A stretch of 64,000 nt of DNA from positions 3,069 through 67,068 of the forward strand of contig JAWXUU010000011.1 in the NCBI GenBank assembly GCA_044426085.1. The letters are read 5' to 3'. The DNA comes from Bacillota bacterium (GTDB lineage: Bacteria > Bacillota > Clostridia > Christensenellales > CAMQZB01). The notes under the pieces are model-generated. The model did no database searches, was not told the DNA's origin, and saw nothing but the letters and a program-made list of their open reading frames with translations. The position numbers and the translations under genes were made by a program. Position 1 is the stretch's first letter, and every line of letters begins with the position of its first letter. This document shows, in pieces, positions 45,264-52,896 of this stretch.

Positions 45264-46403
45264 ATGCGGTTTATCAAAGAAGCTAAAAGCAACTTGCTAT
45301 ACAATCTTGCACTGATCGCAATATCAATCGCACTCACTGCACTTGGCTACGCAGTTTTTCACTTTTTCGGTGGCGTAGTTCCCGTGCTACTTTTTGCGGG
45401 TGGCATTGCATTGATAGGTTGCTCAACAATAAGTTTTATCGAGTGCCTAGTTTTAAGTAGACAAGCATTCAAAAGCCAGAATGAATATAAAAAGGTGCAC
45501 GCGGTGGAAGAAATCACAGGTCCCCCCGGTGCTGGCAAAACAACGCTTACAAACGTGTTTTTTTATCTTTCAGTGCTGAACATGCAAAAGAAGCTGGAAA
45601 AAGACTACTACGTGAACGAGTGCCACGCCCTTAAAGCTCACTGGATTAAAAATTCAGTGTTTCGTGAAAATCTTGCAGAAACGCGCTATGCGAAAGAATA
45701 TTATGATAAATCCGAATTTTATCCATGTGCATTTTCTAATCAGTCCATGAAAATCAAGGGCGTATCGGTGCATAAGTTCACGCACGATCACAGCGTAGGA
45801 AAAAAGGTTGTTCCGCCATATTCGGTGGAAGATGTGGAAGAAGCGTCTGATATCTACTACACAACAACACATGCAGACAGAGTGCCAGAATGGGGAACAG
45901 ACGCAAGGTTCAAACGCCATCAAGTGAAAGAAACTTTTCTTGTTGAGCAAGAAGTTACGAACATAAATAAAGATGTCCGAAGGGTAGTCGGCGTGACAAT
46001 GGAACTTGAAGAAAGAATCATGCTAGGACAACCCCAGCTTGCGATGTGGATTTATGGGGAGATGCTGAAATTTGGAATGAAGCACAACATCATAAACGGA
46101 GCATTCACAGATATCTTTGACTTTCTTGGCAAGATAATAGGCAAAGTGGGCGTTGTTAAGTGGAAATATTATACCATGTCGGGAACGGAAAGCAAGATCC
46201 AACGACCGCCCCAAAAAGGTACATTTACAGCGTTTATGGACTTACCAATAGAATTTGACAGTCGTATGTTCAGAAACGTTCCACAGACAAGGAATCTTAA
46301 GGATAAACGTATGCCAGAAGGATATAAGAGCCTTGTTTTGGAAAAAGACAGTGCAGAAGCAGAGCTTATGCGAACTGCTAAAATGAAGAAAAAGGAAGAT
46401 TAA
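45264..46403 (+). CDS. Membrane-anchored P-loop NTPase
   Basis: AGGAG 8 nt before ATG 45264 (track ORF opens at GTG 45255). N-terminal TM helices, Walker A GPPGAGKT, acidic Walker-B-equivalent PPYSVEDVEEAS aligned with PAYSYILLDEAG of E1. Confidence 0.7.
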   Translation: MRFIKEAKSNLLYNLALIAISIALTALGYAVFHFFGGVVPVLLFAGGIALIGCSTISFIECLVLSRQAFKSQNEYKKVHAVEEITGPPGAGKTTLTNVFFYLSVLNMQKKLEKDYYVNECHALKAHWIKNSVFRENLAETRYAKEYYDKSEFYPCAFSNQSMKIKGVSVHKFTHDHSVGKKVVPPYSVEDVEEASDIYYTTTHADRVPEWGTDARFKRHQVKETFLVEQEVTNINKDVRRVVGVTMELEERIMLGQPQLAMWIYGEMLKFGMKHNIINGAFTDIFDFLGKIIGKVGVVKWKYYTMSGTESKIQRPPQKGTFTAFMDLPIEFDSRMFRNVPQTRNLKDKRMPEGYKSLVLEKDSAEAELMRTAKMKKKED

Positions 46404-46404
46404 T

Positions 46405-46689
46405 ATGAACAATTATATATACATAAATCAGAATAAAAAAAGGGATAAGCTCGTTAGGGAGCTTTCAAACCAACTCAACAGCGTGGAAGCTGTGGAAAGG
46501 TTTCTTACAGATAAAGTTTACAGCGAGCTTACTGGAATTCGGATACCCTTACCAGATCAAGAGCGAGCCATCAAGCGTTTCACAACGATGAAACGCAATG
46601 ATATAAACAAAATTTTAGCAAGTATATATTTGCCAGTCAATGATGATATGGATGAACAATCCATCTTCGAAAGTCTATACTTGTTATAA
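46405..46689 (+). CDS. Hypothetical small protein
   Basis: 94 aa. Starts 2 nt after the ATPase stop. Confidence 0.45.
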   Translation: MNNYIYINQNKKRDKLVRELSNQLNSVEAVERFLTDKVYSELTGIRIPLPDQERAIKRFTTMKRNDINKILASIYLPVNDDMDEQSIFESLYLL

Positions 46690-46778
46690 AATCACATGAA
46701 AATATGTAAATAAATACGCTTAAAAAGCTCATTTTTAAGTGGTGTTTTAAGTCATGTCAAAAATAGGGAGAAAAACAT

Positions 46779-47582
46779 ATGAATGAAAGCAATCCAAGTT
46801 ATTTCGCAATCTTGCCAGCAAATGTGCGATATGATAAAAATATCAAAGCCAGTGCAAAATTGTTATTTGCTGAGATCTCAGCTCTTTGCAATAAAAATGG
46901 CACATGCTTTGCCAGCAACAAATATTTTGCCGACTTGTACGGTGTCGACAACAGATCTATACAGCGTTGGTTGACATCTTTGTCAGATAATAATTACATA
47001 ATAATCGATAATAATTCTAGTGAAAATAGCACTAGAAGAATCATATATCTTGTCACGCCTAATGGCGGACAAAAATGTCATACCCCCATGACAAATTTGT
47101 CATACCCCCATGACAAAAATGTCACCCATAATAATAATATTAATAATAATATTAATAATAAAGAATCTATCTATCATTCTAGTAAAGAAGTTGATACTTC
47201 TGATAGATTGATTGATAGTGATGATTTTACATCAGAAGGAGATGTGAATAATCATGAGTTAGAATTTTATAAAGAAATTGTGAATGTTGAATTAGAGAAA
47301 GGAGTTTGCAAGCATGTTGAATTTATGAGAAATATAATAGCCGAGATTGTGAGTAAGGAATTTTGGTATGTAAACGGTAACAAAGTTAGGTCAGCTGATT
47401 ATTTAAAAGAATTGTCAGTCATATTACGTATAAGTGATTGTAATTATCAGATAAACGAAGTTTTGGAAACCGTTGACATGCAAAAAGGCATTAAGAACAA
47501 GCTAGGCTATGTTATTTCAAGTCTATACAACAAATGCAAACAAATATCTCTAGAAAACAGTCAAAGTGCGGGTAAATGGTAA
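46779..47582 (+). CDS. RepA_N / DnaD-like winged-helix replication initiator
   Basis: N-terminus YFAILPANVRYDKNIKASAKLLFAEISALCNKNGTCFASNKYFADLYGVDNRSIQRWLTSLSDNNYIII fits the RepA_N-type pattern of Firmicute plasmids and phages. Direct repeats lie in the central coding region. Confidence 0.55.
   Translation: MNESNPSYFAILPANVRYDKNIKASAKLLFAEISALCNKNGTCFASNKYFADLYGVDNRSIQRWLTSLSDNNYIIIDNNSSENSTRRIIYLVTPNGGQKCHTPMTNLSYPHDKNVTHNNNINNNINNKESIYHSSKEVDTSDRLIDSDDFTSEGDVNNHELEFYKEIVNVELEKGVCKHVEFMRNIIAEIVSKEFWYVNGNKVRSADYLKELSVILRISDCNYQINEVLETVDMQKGIKNKLGYVISSLYNKCKQISLENSQSAGKW
47051..47127. repeat. Intragenic iteron-like direct repeats (candidate origin)
   Basis: TGTCATACCCCCATGACAAA at 47076-47095 and 47098-47117 (22-bp period, each containing TGTCAT/ATGACA). 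Half-sites TGTCACGCC (47051) and TGTCACCC (47120). Confidence 0.55.
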
Positions 47583-47698
47583 ATTAATTTTTCTATTGCC
47601 AATACAGCTTGCTGTGTTGCGAAAAATTACCGCACTGGCTATTATCCAAGAAAATTACTATCTCAAACGTAGTGAAATCTAAAAATAATGACAAAGTC

Positions 47699-47766
47699 GT
47701 GCGTAGCACAATAGAAATGATGTAATCGTTGCGTAGCAACAAACCATACAACAGTCGCGTAGCGAC
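47699..47766. promoter_or_regulatory. Three covarying GTA-loop hairpins downstream of the initiator gene
   Basis: GTGC-GTA-GCAC (47699-47709), GTTGC-GTA-GCAAC (47728-47740) and GTCGC-GTA-GCGAC (47754-47766). Confidence 0.45.
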
Positions 47767-47795
47767 GTTTCGAATTTTTGAAAATGGGGGTATTT

Positions 47796-47999
47796 ATGAT
47801 AAACAAGAAAAAATACAGTGAAACAACAATGAAAAACTGGAGCAAAGACGAGCTTATAGATTATATCCGCATGCTAGAACATAATAACGAAGCAATCGAC
47901 CAGCGAGCTGACAGAATATCTGATATATTACTGCAAGTATACAATGAAGATGAAGTAGTCGCAAAGGCGCTGGATAAATTTTTAATCAAAATGATTTAA
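47796..47999 (+). CDS. Hypothetical small protein
   Basis: MINKKKYSETTMKNWSKDELIDYIRMLEHNNE.. GGGGG RBS before ATG 47796. Confidence 0.45.
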   Translation: MINKKKYSETTMKNWSKDELIDYIRMLEHNNEAIDQRADRISDILLQVYNEDEVVAKALDKFLIKMI

Positions 48000-48197
48000 G
48001 GCGGTGTGGAATGATCGATAAGATGAAATTAGTTAAAAACCAAGGGGGGGGGGTGACTCCTTGAAGTGCAAGAAGTGTGGGCGAAAATATGAAGTAAGGG
48101 ATGAAAACGTATTTGAAATAGAAACGCTGTTAAACGAAAATTGTTTAATAACGTATTGCCCTTTCTGTGGGGCGGAAAATTTAAAGGAGTAAAGCAT

Positions 48198-48386
48198 ATG
48201 AATGAAACAAATGAAATAATTGCAAAGCTACAAGCTGATAACGAACAGTTGAAAGAAGAAAATAGAATCTTACAAATAGAAAATGACTGCATGATTAAGC
48301 AATGTGTATCAGAAGTAAAGGCACGCAATGATATATGCAAAAAAATGCAAAAACTGCTAATTAAATATTGGTATAATGAGGAGTAA
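48198..48386 (+). CDS. Hypothetical coiled-coil micro-protein
   Basis: MNETNEIIAKLQADNEQLKEENRILQIEND.. AAAGGAG RBS before ATG 48198. Confidence 0.45.
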   Translation: MNETNEIIAKLQADNEQLKEENRILQIENDCMIKQCVSEVKARNDICKKMQKLLIKYWYNEE

Positions 48387-48391
48387 AACAT

Positions 48392-48676
48392 ATGAAAAAA
48401 CAAGAAGATATTTTGAAAAAATTTGGTTTTAAGAAGTATAACTTCGGTGAAGGATATTTTCATTATGAAAAAGATGATTATTATTTCGTGATAAATTATA
48501 ATACAAAACACATTGTAAAATTTTATAAAGAAACAAATGAGCCTTTGTCACTTACCTTTGAGGATGTGGATTTGTTAAGCAGAGTTTTTAAAGGCAAATA
48601 CTACTACGAAGAAAACATGTGGTTTTTGTTTTGGTGTTTTGTTGGGGCTCTTGGCTTTTTGCTGATGTGTTTGTAG
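48392..48676 (+). CDS. Hypothetical protein with C-terminal TM helix
   Basis: 94 aa. GAGGAG RBS. C-terminal WFLFWCFVGALGFLLMCL. Confidence 0.45.
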   Translation: MKKQEDILKKFGFKKYNFGEGYFHYEKDDYYFVINYNTKHIVKFYKETNEPLSLTFEDVDLLSRVFKGKYYYEENMWFLFWCFVGALGFLLMCL

Positions 48677-48699
48677 CTTACGAGCAAGTGGGGGTAACG

Positions 48700-48873
48700 A
48701 TGAAATATAAACTATTACCGCAAGTTATAATAAACTACTACATAGATAATCGAACAGAACGCATGTTCCACTTCTGTATGCGTTGTGCAAAACTAAACAA
48801 CTGCTTTTCAGCTGTCTGGGATGTTCTCGGTCATGACTTCGTCAGCATGTATTGGGATTTTCACCATAATTAA
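48700..48873 (+). CDS. Hypothetical small protein
   Basis: MKYKLLPQVIINYYIDNRTERMFHFCMRCAKLNNC.. GGGGG RBS before ATG 48700. Confidence 0.35.
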   Translation: MKYKLLPQVIINYYIDNRTERMFHFCMRCAKLNNCFSAVWDVLGHDFVSMYWDFHHN

Positions 48874-49004
48874 TTAGATTGTGATCACAAAGTAAGAAAG
48901 TGTAGAAAGAGAATAAATTGTGATCACAATTTGTTGGGGACTATTGGGGGTTGAAGTGCTCAGAAACCGCATTCTATAAGGGATTCCGTGCCACTTTCGA
49001 GTGG

Positions 49005-49060
49005 CTTAGGATCTAGTGTCTACGACATGGGGGTTCAAGTCCCTTTATCCGCACCATTCT
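49005..49060 (+). repeat. attR of E2 (56-bp copy of tRNA-Leu 3' part)
   Basis: Identical to 36196-36251. Followed by its own hairpin terminator AAAGCACCTAGGTA..TACCTAGGTGCTTT. Confidence 0.9.
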
Positions 49061-49226
49061 AAAGCACCTAGGTAATCATACCTAGGTGCTTTTACTTTGC
49101 CCTAAAATACCAAAAGGGACTTGAACACGGAGCGACCCGAACGCAGAGAGGGGGGAAACGTGCGATGAAACGCACGTTTTTAGCGTAGCGGCGTGAAAGT
49201 GGAGTGGCAAAGCCACGCAACGGAGC

Positions 49227-49254
49227 AAGTCCCTTTATCCGCACCATTCTTAAG
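49227..49254 (+). repeat. Third, partial copy of the tRNA-Leu 3' end (att scar)
   Basis: CAAGTCCCTTTATCCGCACCATTCTTAA matches 36225-36252. An inverted fragment AAAGGGACTTG lies at 49111-49121. Followed by hairpin AAGACCCTCT..AGAGGGTCTT + T run. Confidence 0.8.
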
Positions 49255-49329
49255 ACCCTCTAGCCAGAGGGTCTTTTTACTATCCTTTTTTAGGTTGTAG
49301 GCAAATAAATAAAGGAATGGAGGCAGTGA

Positions 49330-49821
49330 ATGAATAGATACTATATAGAAATAGAAGAAGAAAAAATTGATGATATAGAATCGATGTTATTGTGTTTTTC
49401 TGATGGTTATGAATCAATTCGAATTTTTGGTGAAGAAATCATTGATATGAAGCTTGAATTTGAAGAAGAAATGGTTTTTAATAACATTGGATTTAACAGA
49501 GTTTTAAAAGACGGATTTCTAAAAATTAGATTCAGCAAGAGCTTGAACTCAAATAAAAGATGTGCGTGTTTCAATTTCTCAAAAAATGACAAGATAAAGA
49601 AAAAGCAAATCGAAAAAAGATTGTGTGATTTATGCGATATCCAAGCCATAGAAGTCCATAAGAAAAGCAACAATTGTGAAGAAGAATTCGATGTGCCGTG
49701 TAAAATCAAAATCAAGCACGGCAAAATCAAAGCCAAAATTTCTTCAAGCTGCCAAATTGATAAAGATGGTGACTTACTAATCCAAATGGGCGAATCATCA
49801 GGGTTTGTCAAAACAAAATAA
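49330..49821 (+). CDS. Hypothetical protein
   Basis: 163 aa, GGAGG RBS, acidic N-terminus, Lys/Cys-rich C-terminal half. No family recognised. Confidence 0.5.
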   Translation: MNRYYIEIEEEKIDDIESMLLCFSDGYESIRIFGEEIIDMKLEFEEEMVFNNIGFNRVLKDGFLKIRFSKSLNSNKRCACFNFSKNDKIKKKQIEKRLCDLCDIQAIEVHKKSNNCEEEFDVPCKIKIKHGKIKAKISSSCQIDKDGDLLIQMGESSGFVKTK

Positions 49822-49849
49822 AACTAAATAGATTAAAAACAGAAATAAA

Positions 49850-49890
49850 AAATGCACCCAAAGCCGAATAAAGCTTTCGGTGCATTTTTT
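49850..49890 (+). terminator. Rho-independent terminator
   Basis: TGCACCCAAAGC..GCTTTCGGTGCA followed by TTTTTT. Confidence 0.7.
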
Positions 49891-49985
49891 GCAGGTTGAG
49901 AATGGCGTTCCCAACCTATGCCAATGCATAAAAGAGAGCTTTTTTAGGCTCTGTGTCAAATGTTGGGGTGGAAATTGGGGTGGAT

Positions 49986-50132
49986 TTAACCCTTTTTTTG
50001 GGGTTTTACCTTGAGTGCTTCGCTAAGTTCAAATTCAGGTCTAACCTCGGTATATGTGTTCATTGTCATACTAATATTAGTGTGTCCAAGCCATTTTTGC
50101 ACTACCTTTGGTGATATCCCTTTTTCGTGGCA
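49986..50132 (-). pseudogene. Integrase remnant (C-terminal about 48 codons only)
   Basis: Minus-strand translation CHEKGISPKVVQKWLGHTNISMTMNTYTEVRPEFELSEALKVKPQKKG* aligns with the C-termini of both intact integrases. Homology stops abruptly near 50132. Two TTGGGGTGGA repeats (49963-49984, 12-bp period) lie 3' of its stop. Confidence 0.75.
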
Positions 50133-50217
50133 GTTTGGGGTGATAATTTTAATATTTTTTCCTAATCTTTATAGGAAGCAAGAGCTTGATTTTTTAGAGG
50201 TTCACAAAGATTATTTT

Positions 50218-50790
50218 ATGGAATTTTATTGGTCAGAAACGGAGGAAGCAAATAATTATAGGTACATTGTTTATGATAGGTATGTGGAAACAAGTGTAAG
50301 TTCAGCAACAAAAGTGCTAGCATTTGGTGATGATTTGTATCTAACATATGTGGCATATCGTGACGATGGAAAGATAAAATTTTGGAGCGCGCCGAAAGAA
50401 GATAAGATGTATACATATAAAGATATCTCGGAAATTCCAAACGACGAATGGAGAATTTACGAGGTCTATTGTTGGGGCAGTCATTCAACAGAAATAGAGT
50501 TTATTTTGGATAGTGGCGCAAGCGACAAGTTCTATACATACGCAAGCTCATATAACACAGTGATGGAGTCAACACCTGATTATGTTGTGACACATAACTA
50601 TATAATGAACGGTGACTATCAAGGTTATTATATGTGGAAAAACGAGTTTTTCTTTAAAGATGGTCTAGCTGTCAAGCAAGTTGAATATATGGATTTGAAT
50701 AACAATAATAACTGGGATGCAGATGAAATCACAAAGATAAAAATCCAAGATATGTATTGCGAAGTTGACTTAACAAAAGTCGGAATATAA
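50218..50790 (+). CDS. Hypothetical protein
   Basis: The track ORF opens at 50011 but its first 69 codons are antisense to the integrase remnant. ATG 50218 (MEFYWSETEEANNYRY..) is the first plausible start. No clear SD. Confidence 0.4.
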   Translation: MEFYWSETEEANNYRYIVYDRYVETSVSSATKVLAFGDDLYLTYVAYRDDGKIKFWSAPKEDKMYTYKDISEIPNDEWRIYEVYCWGSHSTEIEFILDSGASDKFYTYASSYNTVMESTPDYVVTHNYIMNGDYQGYYMWKNEFFFKDGLAVKQVEYMDLNNNNNWDADEITKIKIQDMYCEVDLTKVGI

Positions 50791-51060
50791 GAAACTTTCC
50801 AAGAAATACCTCAAAAAACAACAAAAGCATAGCAGGTTTCCCTGCACAATGCTCCCACGCAACTGCTGTCACCGTTTTTCCCTTTGTCTATAAGGGGAAA
50901 GTGGCATTTTTAAATGACAAGTGGCAGCAGTTCTTATCCTGCTAAGAGTTAATTTAACTTATTGTAGTAGTAAAAATAATAAAACAGCTTATTAATATCT
51001 CTTTATTTAGCATATAATAATGTAAGGGTATATTTGGCAGAAATCTAATTTATAAAAACC

Positions 51061-51089
51061 TTGACAAGTATTTATGCGTATGGTATACT
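51061..51089 (+). promoter_or_regulatory. Strong consensus promoter of the repeat-RNA/toxin locus
   Basis: TTGACA (51061-51066), 17 nt, TGgTATACT (51084-51089). Confidence 0.65.
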
Positions 51090-51134
51090 CTTAATGTAAG
51101 GTAGCTCACTTGAGTATGCTTGCAAGTGGATTGA

Positions 51135-51230
51135 CACTTAAAACCCAGATATTTGCCGAGAAATCGGAGGTTGATAGGCAACACTAAAACCTAGATTAGC
51201 CCGAAAGGGTAGTTGGTGGGCAACACTAAA
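51135..51230 (+). ncRNA. Tandem 47/42-nt structured repeats (candidate type III antitoxin RNA)
   Basis: CACT(T)AAAACC..hairpin..GGCAA units start at 51135, 51182 and 51224. Internal hairpins covary (CCGA-GAAA-TCGG versus CCC-GAAA-GGG). The repeats lie between the promoter and a terminator, directly upstream of a CDS. Confidence 0.5.
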
Positions 51231-51244
51231 ATCAATCAAAAAGC

Positions 51245-51280
51245 AAAGGTTTGCTTCTGCGGAAGTAAACCTTTTGTTTG
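51245..51280 (+). terminator. Hairpin between repeats and downstream CDS
   Basis: AAAGGTTTGCTTC-TGCG-GAAGTAAACCTTT followed by TGTTTG. Confidence 0.5.
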
Positions 51281-51294
51281 TATTAAGGAGACAA

Positions 51295-51921
51295 ATGATA
51301 AAAGATAAGGATGACGCAAGAAAGGTTATTTTGAATGCATCAAAAAAATATGCGGAGCTTTTAGGGAAAGATTTCTTTGTGATAGCAGAAAGGAGTAATT
51401 CATATAAATGGACGGAAGTAGCTTTTTGTGAAAAGAATTTTTTACATCTTACAGGGGTGAAATTTTTCCAAAAGACACAAGAAGATAATGCATTAACATT
51501 TTTTGATAAAGCATTAAATAACAAACTAGCAAACAGTGATTTTGAAATCGTTAATGACCTTACATATAAGAAATTAAGTGTGCTTGAAAATGCTTGTAAT
51601 TTTACGCAAAGCGGTAAAATGCATGGCAATTTCGATGGGCAAAAGAGATACTTGAAAACAGGGGCTTTGGTTGGCACTGTTTCGTGGTATCTTGGGTTTG
51701 TTTATGATGAAGATGAAAAATCAATGTTGCCAAACACTTTGATGAAAGAAGATATTCGTGATGTCAGCGAACCATTTGGAATTATCATGATGATAGAAAA
51801 AACACGTATGGTAGATTTGAAGTATGAACTAGATAACATTGTTTACATAAATAACAAACGTTTCGATGTTAATAATATAAAGAATTTACCGAAAGAAATA
51901 AAAAACAAGATCGAATTTTAA
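51295..51921 (+). CDS. Hypothetical protein, candidate type III toxin (endoribonuclease)
   Basis: AAGGAG RBS before ATG 51295 (track ORF opens at 51274). 208 aa. No family recognised by eye. The call rests on locus architecture only. Confidence 0.4.
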   Translation: MIKDKDDARKVILNASKKYAELLGKDFFVIAERSNSYKWTEVAFCEKNFLHLTGVKFFQKTQEDNALTFFDKALNNKLANSDFEIVNDLTYKKLSVLENACNFTQSGKMHGNFDGQKRYLKTGALVGTVSWYLGFVYDEDEKSMLPNTLMKEDIRDVSEPFGIIMMIEKTRMVDLKYELDNIVYINNKRFDVNNIKNLPKEIKNKIEF

Positions 51922-51940
51922 TTAATTCTATGCATAAGCA

Positions 51941-51978
51941 AAAATGAGCTACTCGGGATTTCCGAATAGCTCATTTTA
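51941..51978. terminator. Bidirectional terminator
   Basis: AATGAGCTA..TAGCTCATT with inner TCGGGA/TCCGA, between convergent genes. Confidence 0.65.
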
Positions 51979-51993
51979 ATGTTATGGTTTGTC

Positions 51994-52260
51994 TTAAAAA
52001 AGACCGATATCAAGCACTGTTTCGATTATGTTGTGTGTACCATCATCAGCGATACTTATGATGTCAACAAAAATCGTATTTTCGTAATTATCAATCATTA
52101 TATTTTGTTTTTCTCTAGGGATTTTTTTATTGTTTTCAGCTTGTCTTACAAATGCCCAATCCTCAGCTTCATCGTAGTTTTCAAAGTATGCGAATTGCCC
52201 ATCTTCATAGTTTTCAAAAGCCAAATAAATTTCATTTGGTTCTAGGTTGTCTTCTCTCAC
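51994..52260 (-). CDS. Hypothetical acidic protein
   Basis: GTG start with GGAG upstream. 88 aa, strongly acidic (EIYLAFENYEDGQFAYFENYDEAEDW). Confidence 0.5.
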   Translation of the reverse strand: MREDNLEPNEIYLAFENYEDGQFAYFENYDEAEDWAFVRQAENNKKIPREKQNIMIDNYENTIFVDIISIADDGTHNIIETVLDIGLF

Positions 52261-52300
52261 GTGTCACTCCTTTTGTTACTTATGCCATGCATTAGCTATT

Positions 52301-52660
52301 TTATTTATGTGTTTTATATAAGTCATAATTTTTGTCAAGCACAACATATCCAAATTCACGCCTAGGTGTGTTAATGATTTTGTCAATACTGGCTCGTTTT
52401 TCGTTTAGGAGAAAAGCAACACAATCCATAACATCAACAATAGAAACATTCTCCACCTTGAGCCATACATCATAGCTATAAGAATAAAGGTTATTCAAAT
52501 CTTCAAAGTTAATTTTGTCGAAAAGCTCGCCCTCTAGTGTTGCCATATTAACTATATCTTCAAAAACTTTTTTGTGGACATAGCTTTGGCTAAGTGCATG
52601 AACAAATTCTTTGGTGTTCGTTTGTGCTTCTTTAATAATAGTTTCAATATCAAATTTCAT
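52301..52660 (-). CDS. Hypothetical protein
   Basis: 119 aa. GGGGG RBS. Co-oriented with 51994-52260. Confidence 0.5.
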   Translation of the reverse strand: MKFDIETIIKEAQTNTKEFVHALSQSYVHKKVFEDIVNMATLEGELFDKINFEDLNNLYSYSYDVWLKVENVSIVDVMDCVAFLLNEKRASIDKIINTPRREFGYVVLDKNYDLYKTHK

Positions 52661-52896
52661 AATATCACCCCCTTAACCGCTTATTGTGCCAAATAAAATA
52701 TAGCAAGATATTTGCTTTTCAGTAGGGAAGTAATACCTGCATTTTTCTAGTGCCATAATAGCCATTTCTCTAAGTTTATTCTTAACATTTACTCCTTTCT
52801 GCGATTGCAGTGCTTTTTATGTCTTTAACCCTCAAATTGCTTTTTTTGAGAGTTTTTGAAGCCTTTAAATTTAATTATTGAAAAGTTGAAATATTC

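Larger units (their letters stand above)
36196..49060. mobile_element. E2: 12.9-kb integrative element in tRNA-Leu, syntenic diverged relative of E1
   Basis: Perfect 56-bp direct repeats. The integrase lies next to the intact tRNA. Gene order matches E1, with alignable homologues for int, the pVIII-like protein, the Ig-module protein, the Cys-knuckle proteins, the micro-ORF, the pre-ATPase protein and the ATPase. Confidence 0.85.

Noticed and set aside
48029-48511. 160-aa minus-strand ORF at the right end of E2.
   Set aside because: The translation is hydrophobic and low-complexity, as expected from AT-rich antisense DNA. The plus strand has three consecutive short ORFs, each with a good SD, in the operon orientation.
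36196-49060. E1/E2 as conjugative ICEs with a type IV secretion system.
   Set aside because: No VirB4/TcpF-like ATPase, VirD4-size coupling protein, MOB relaxase or peptidoglycan hydrolase candidates are visible. A minimal FtsK/TraB-like dsDNA transfer mode cannot be excluded and is kept as the main alternative in the findings.
50011-50217. The first 69 codons of the track ORF 50011-50790.
   Set aside because: This part is the antisense of the integrase remnant and begins at a non-ATG codon with no SD. The CDS was trimmed to ATG 50218, with low confidence.
51138-51677. 179-aa minus-strand ORF overlapping the tandem RNA repeats and the candidate toxin gene.
   Set aside because: It has no SD. 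It runs antisense through a promoter, repeats and terminator architecture and through an SD-led plus-strand ORF.
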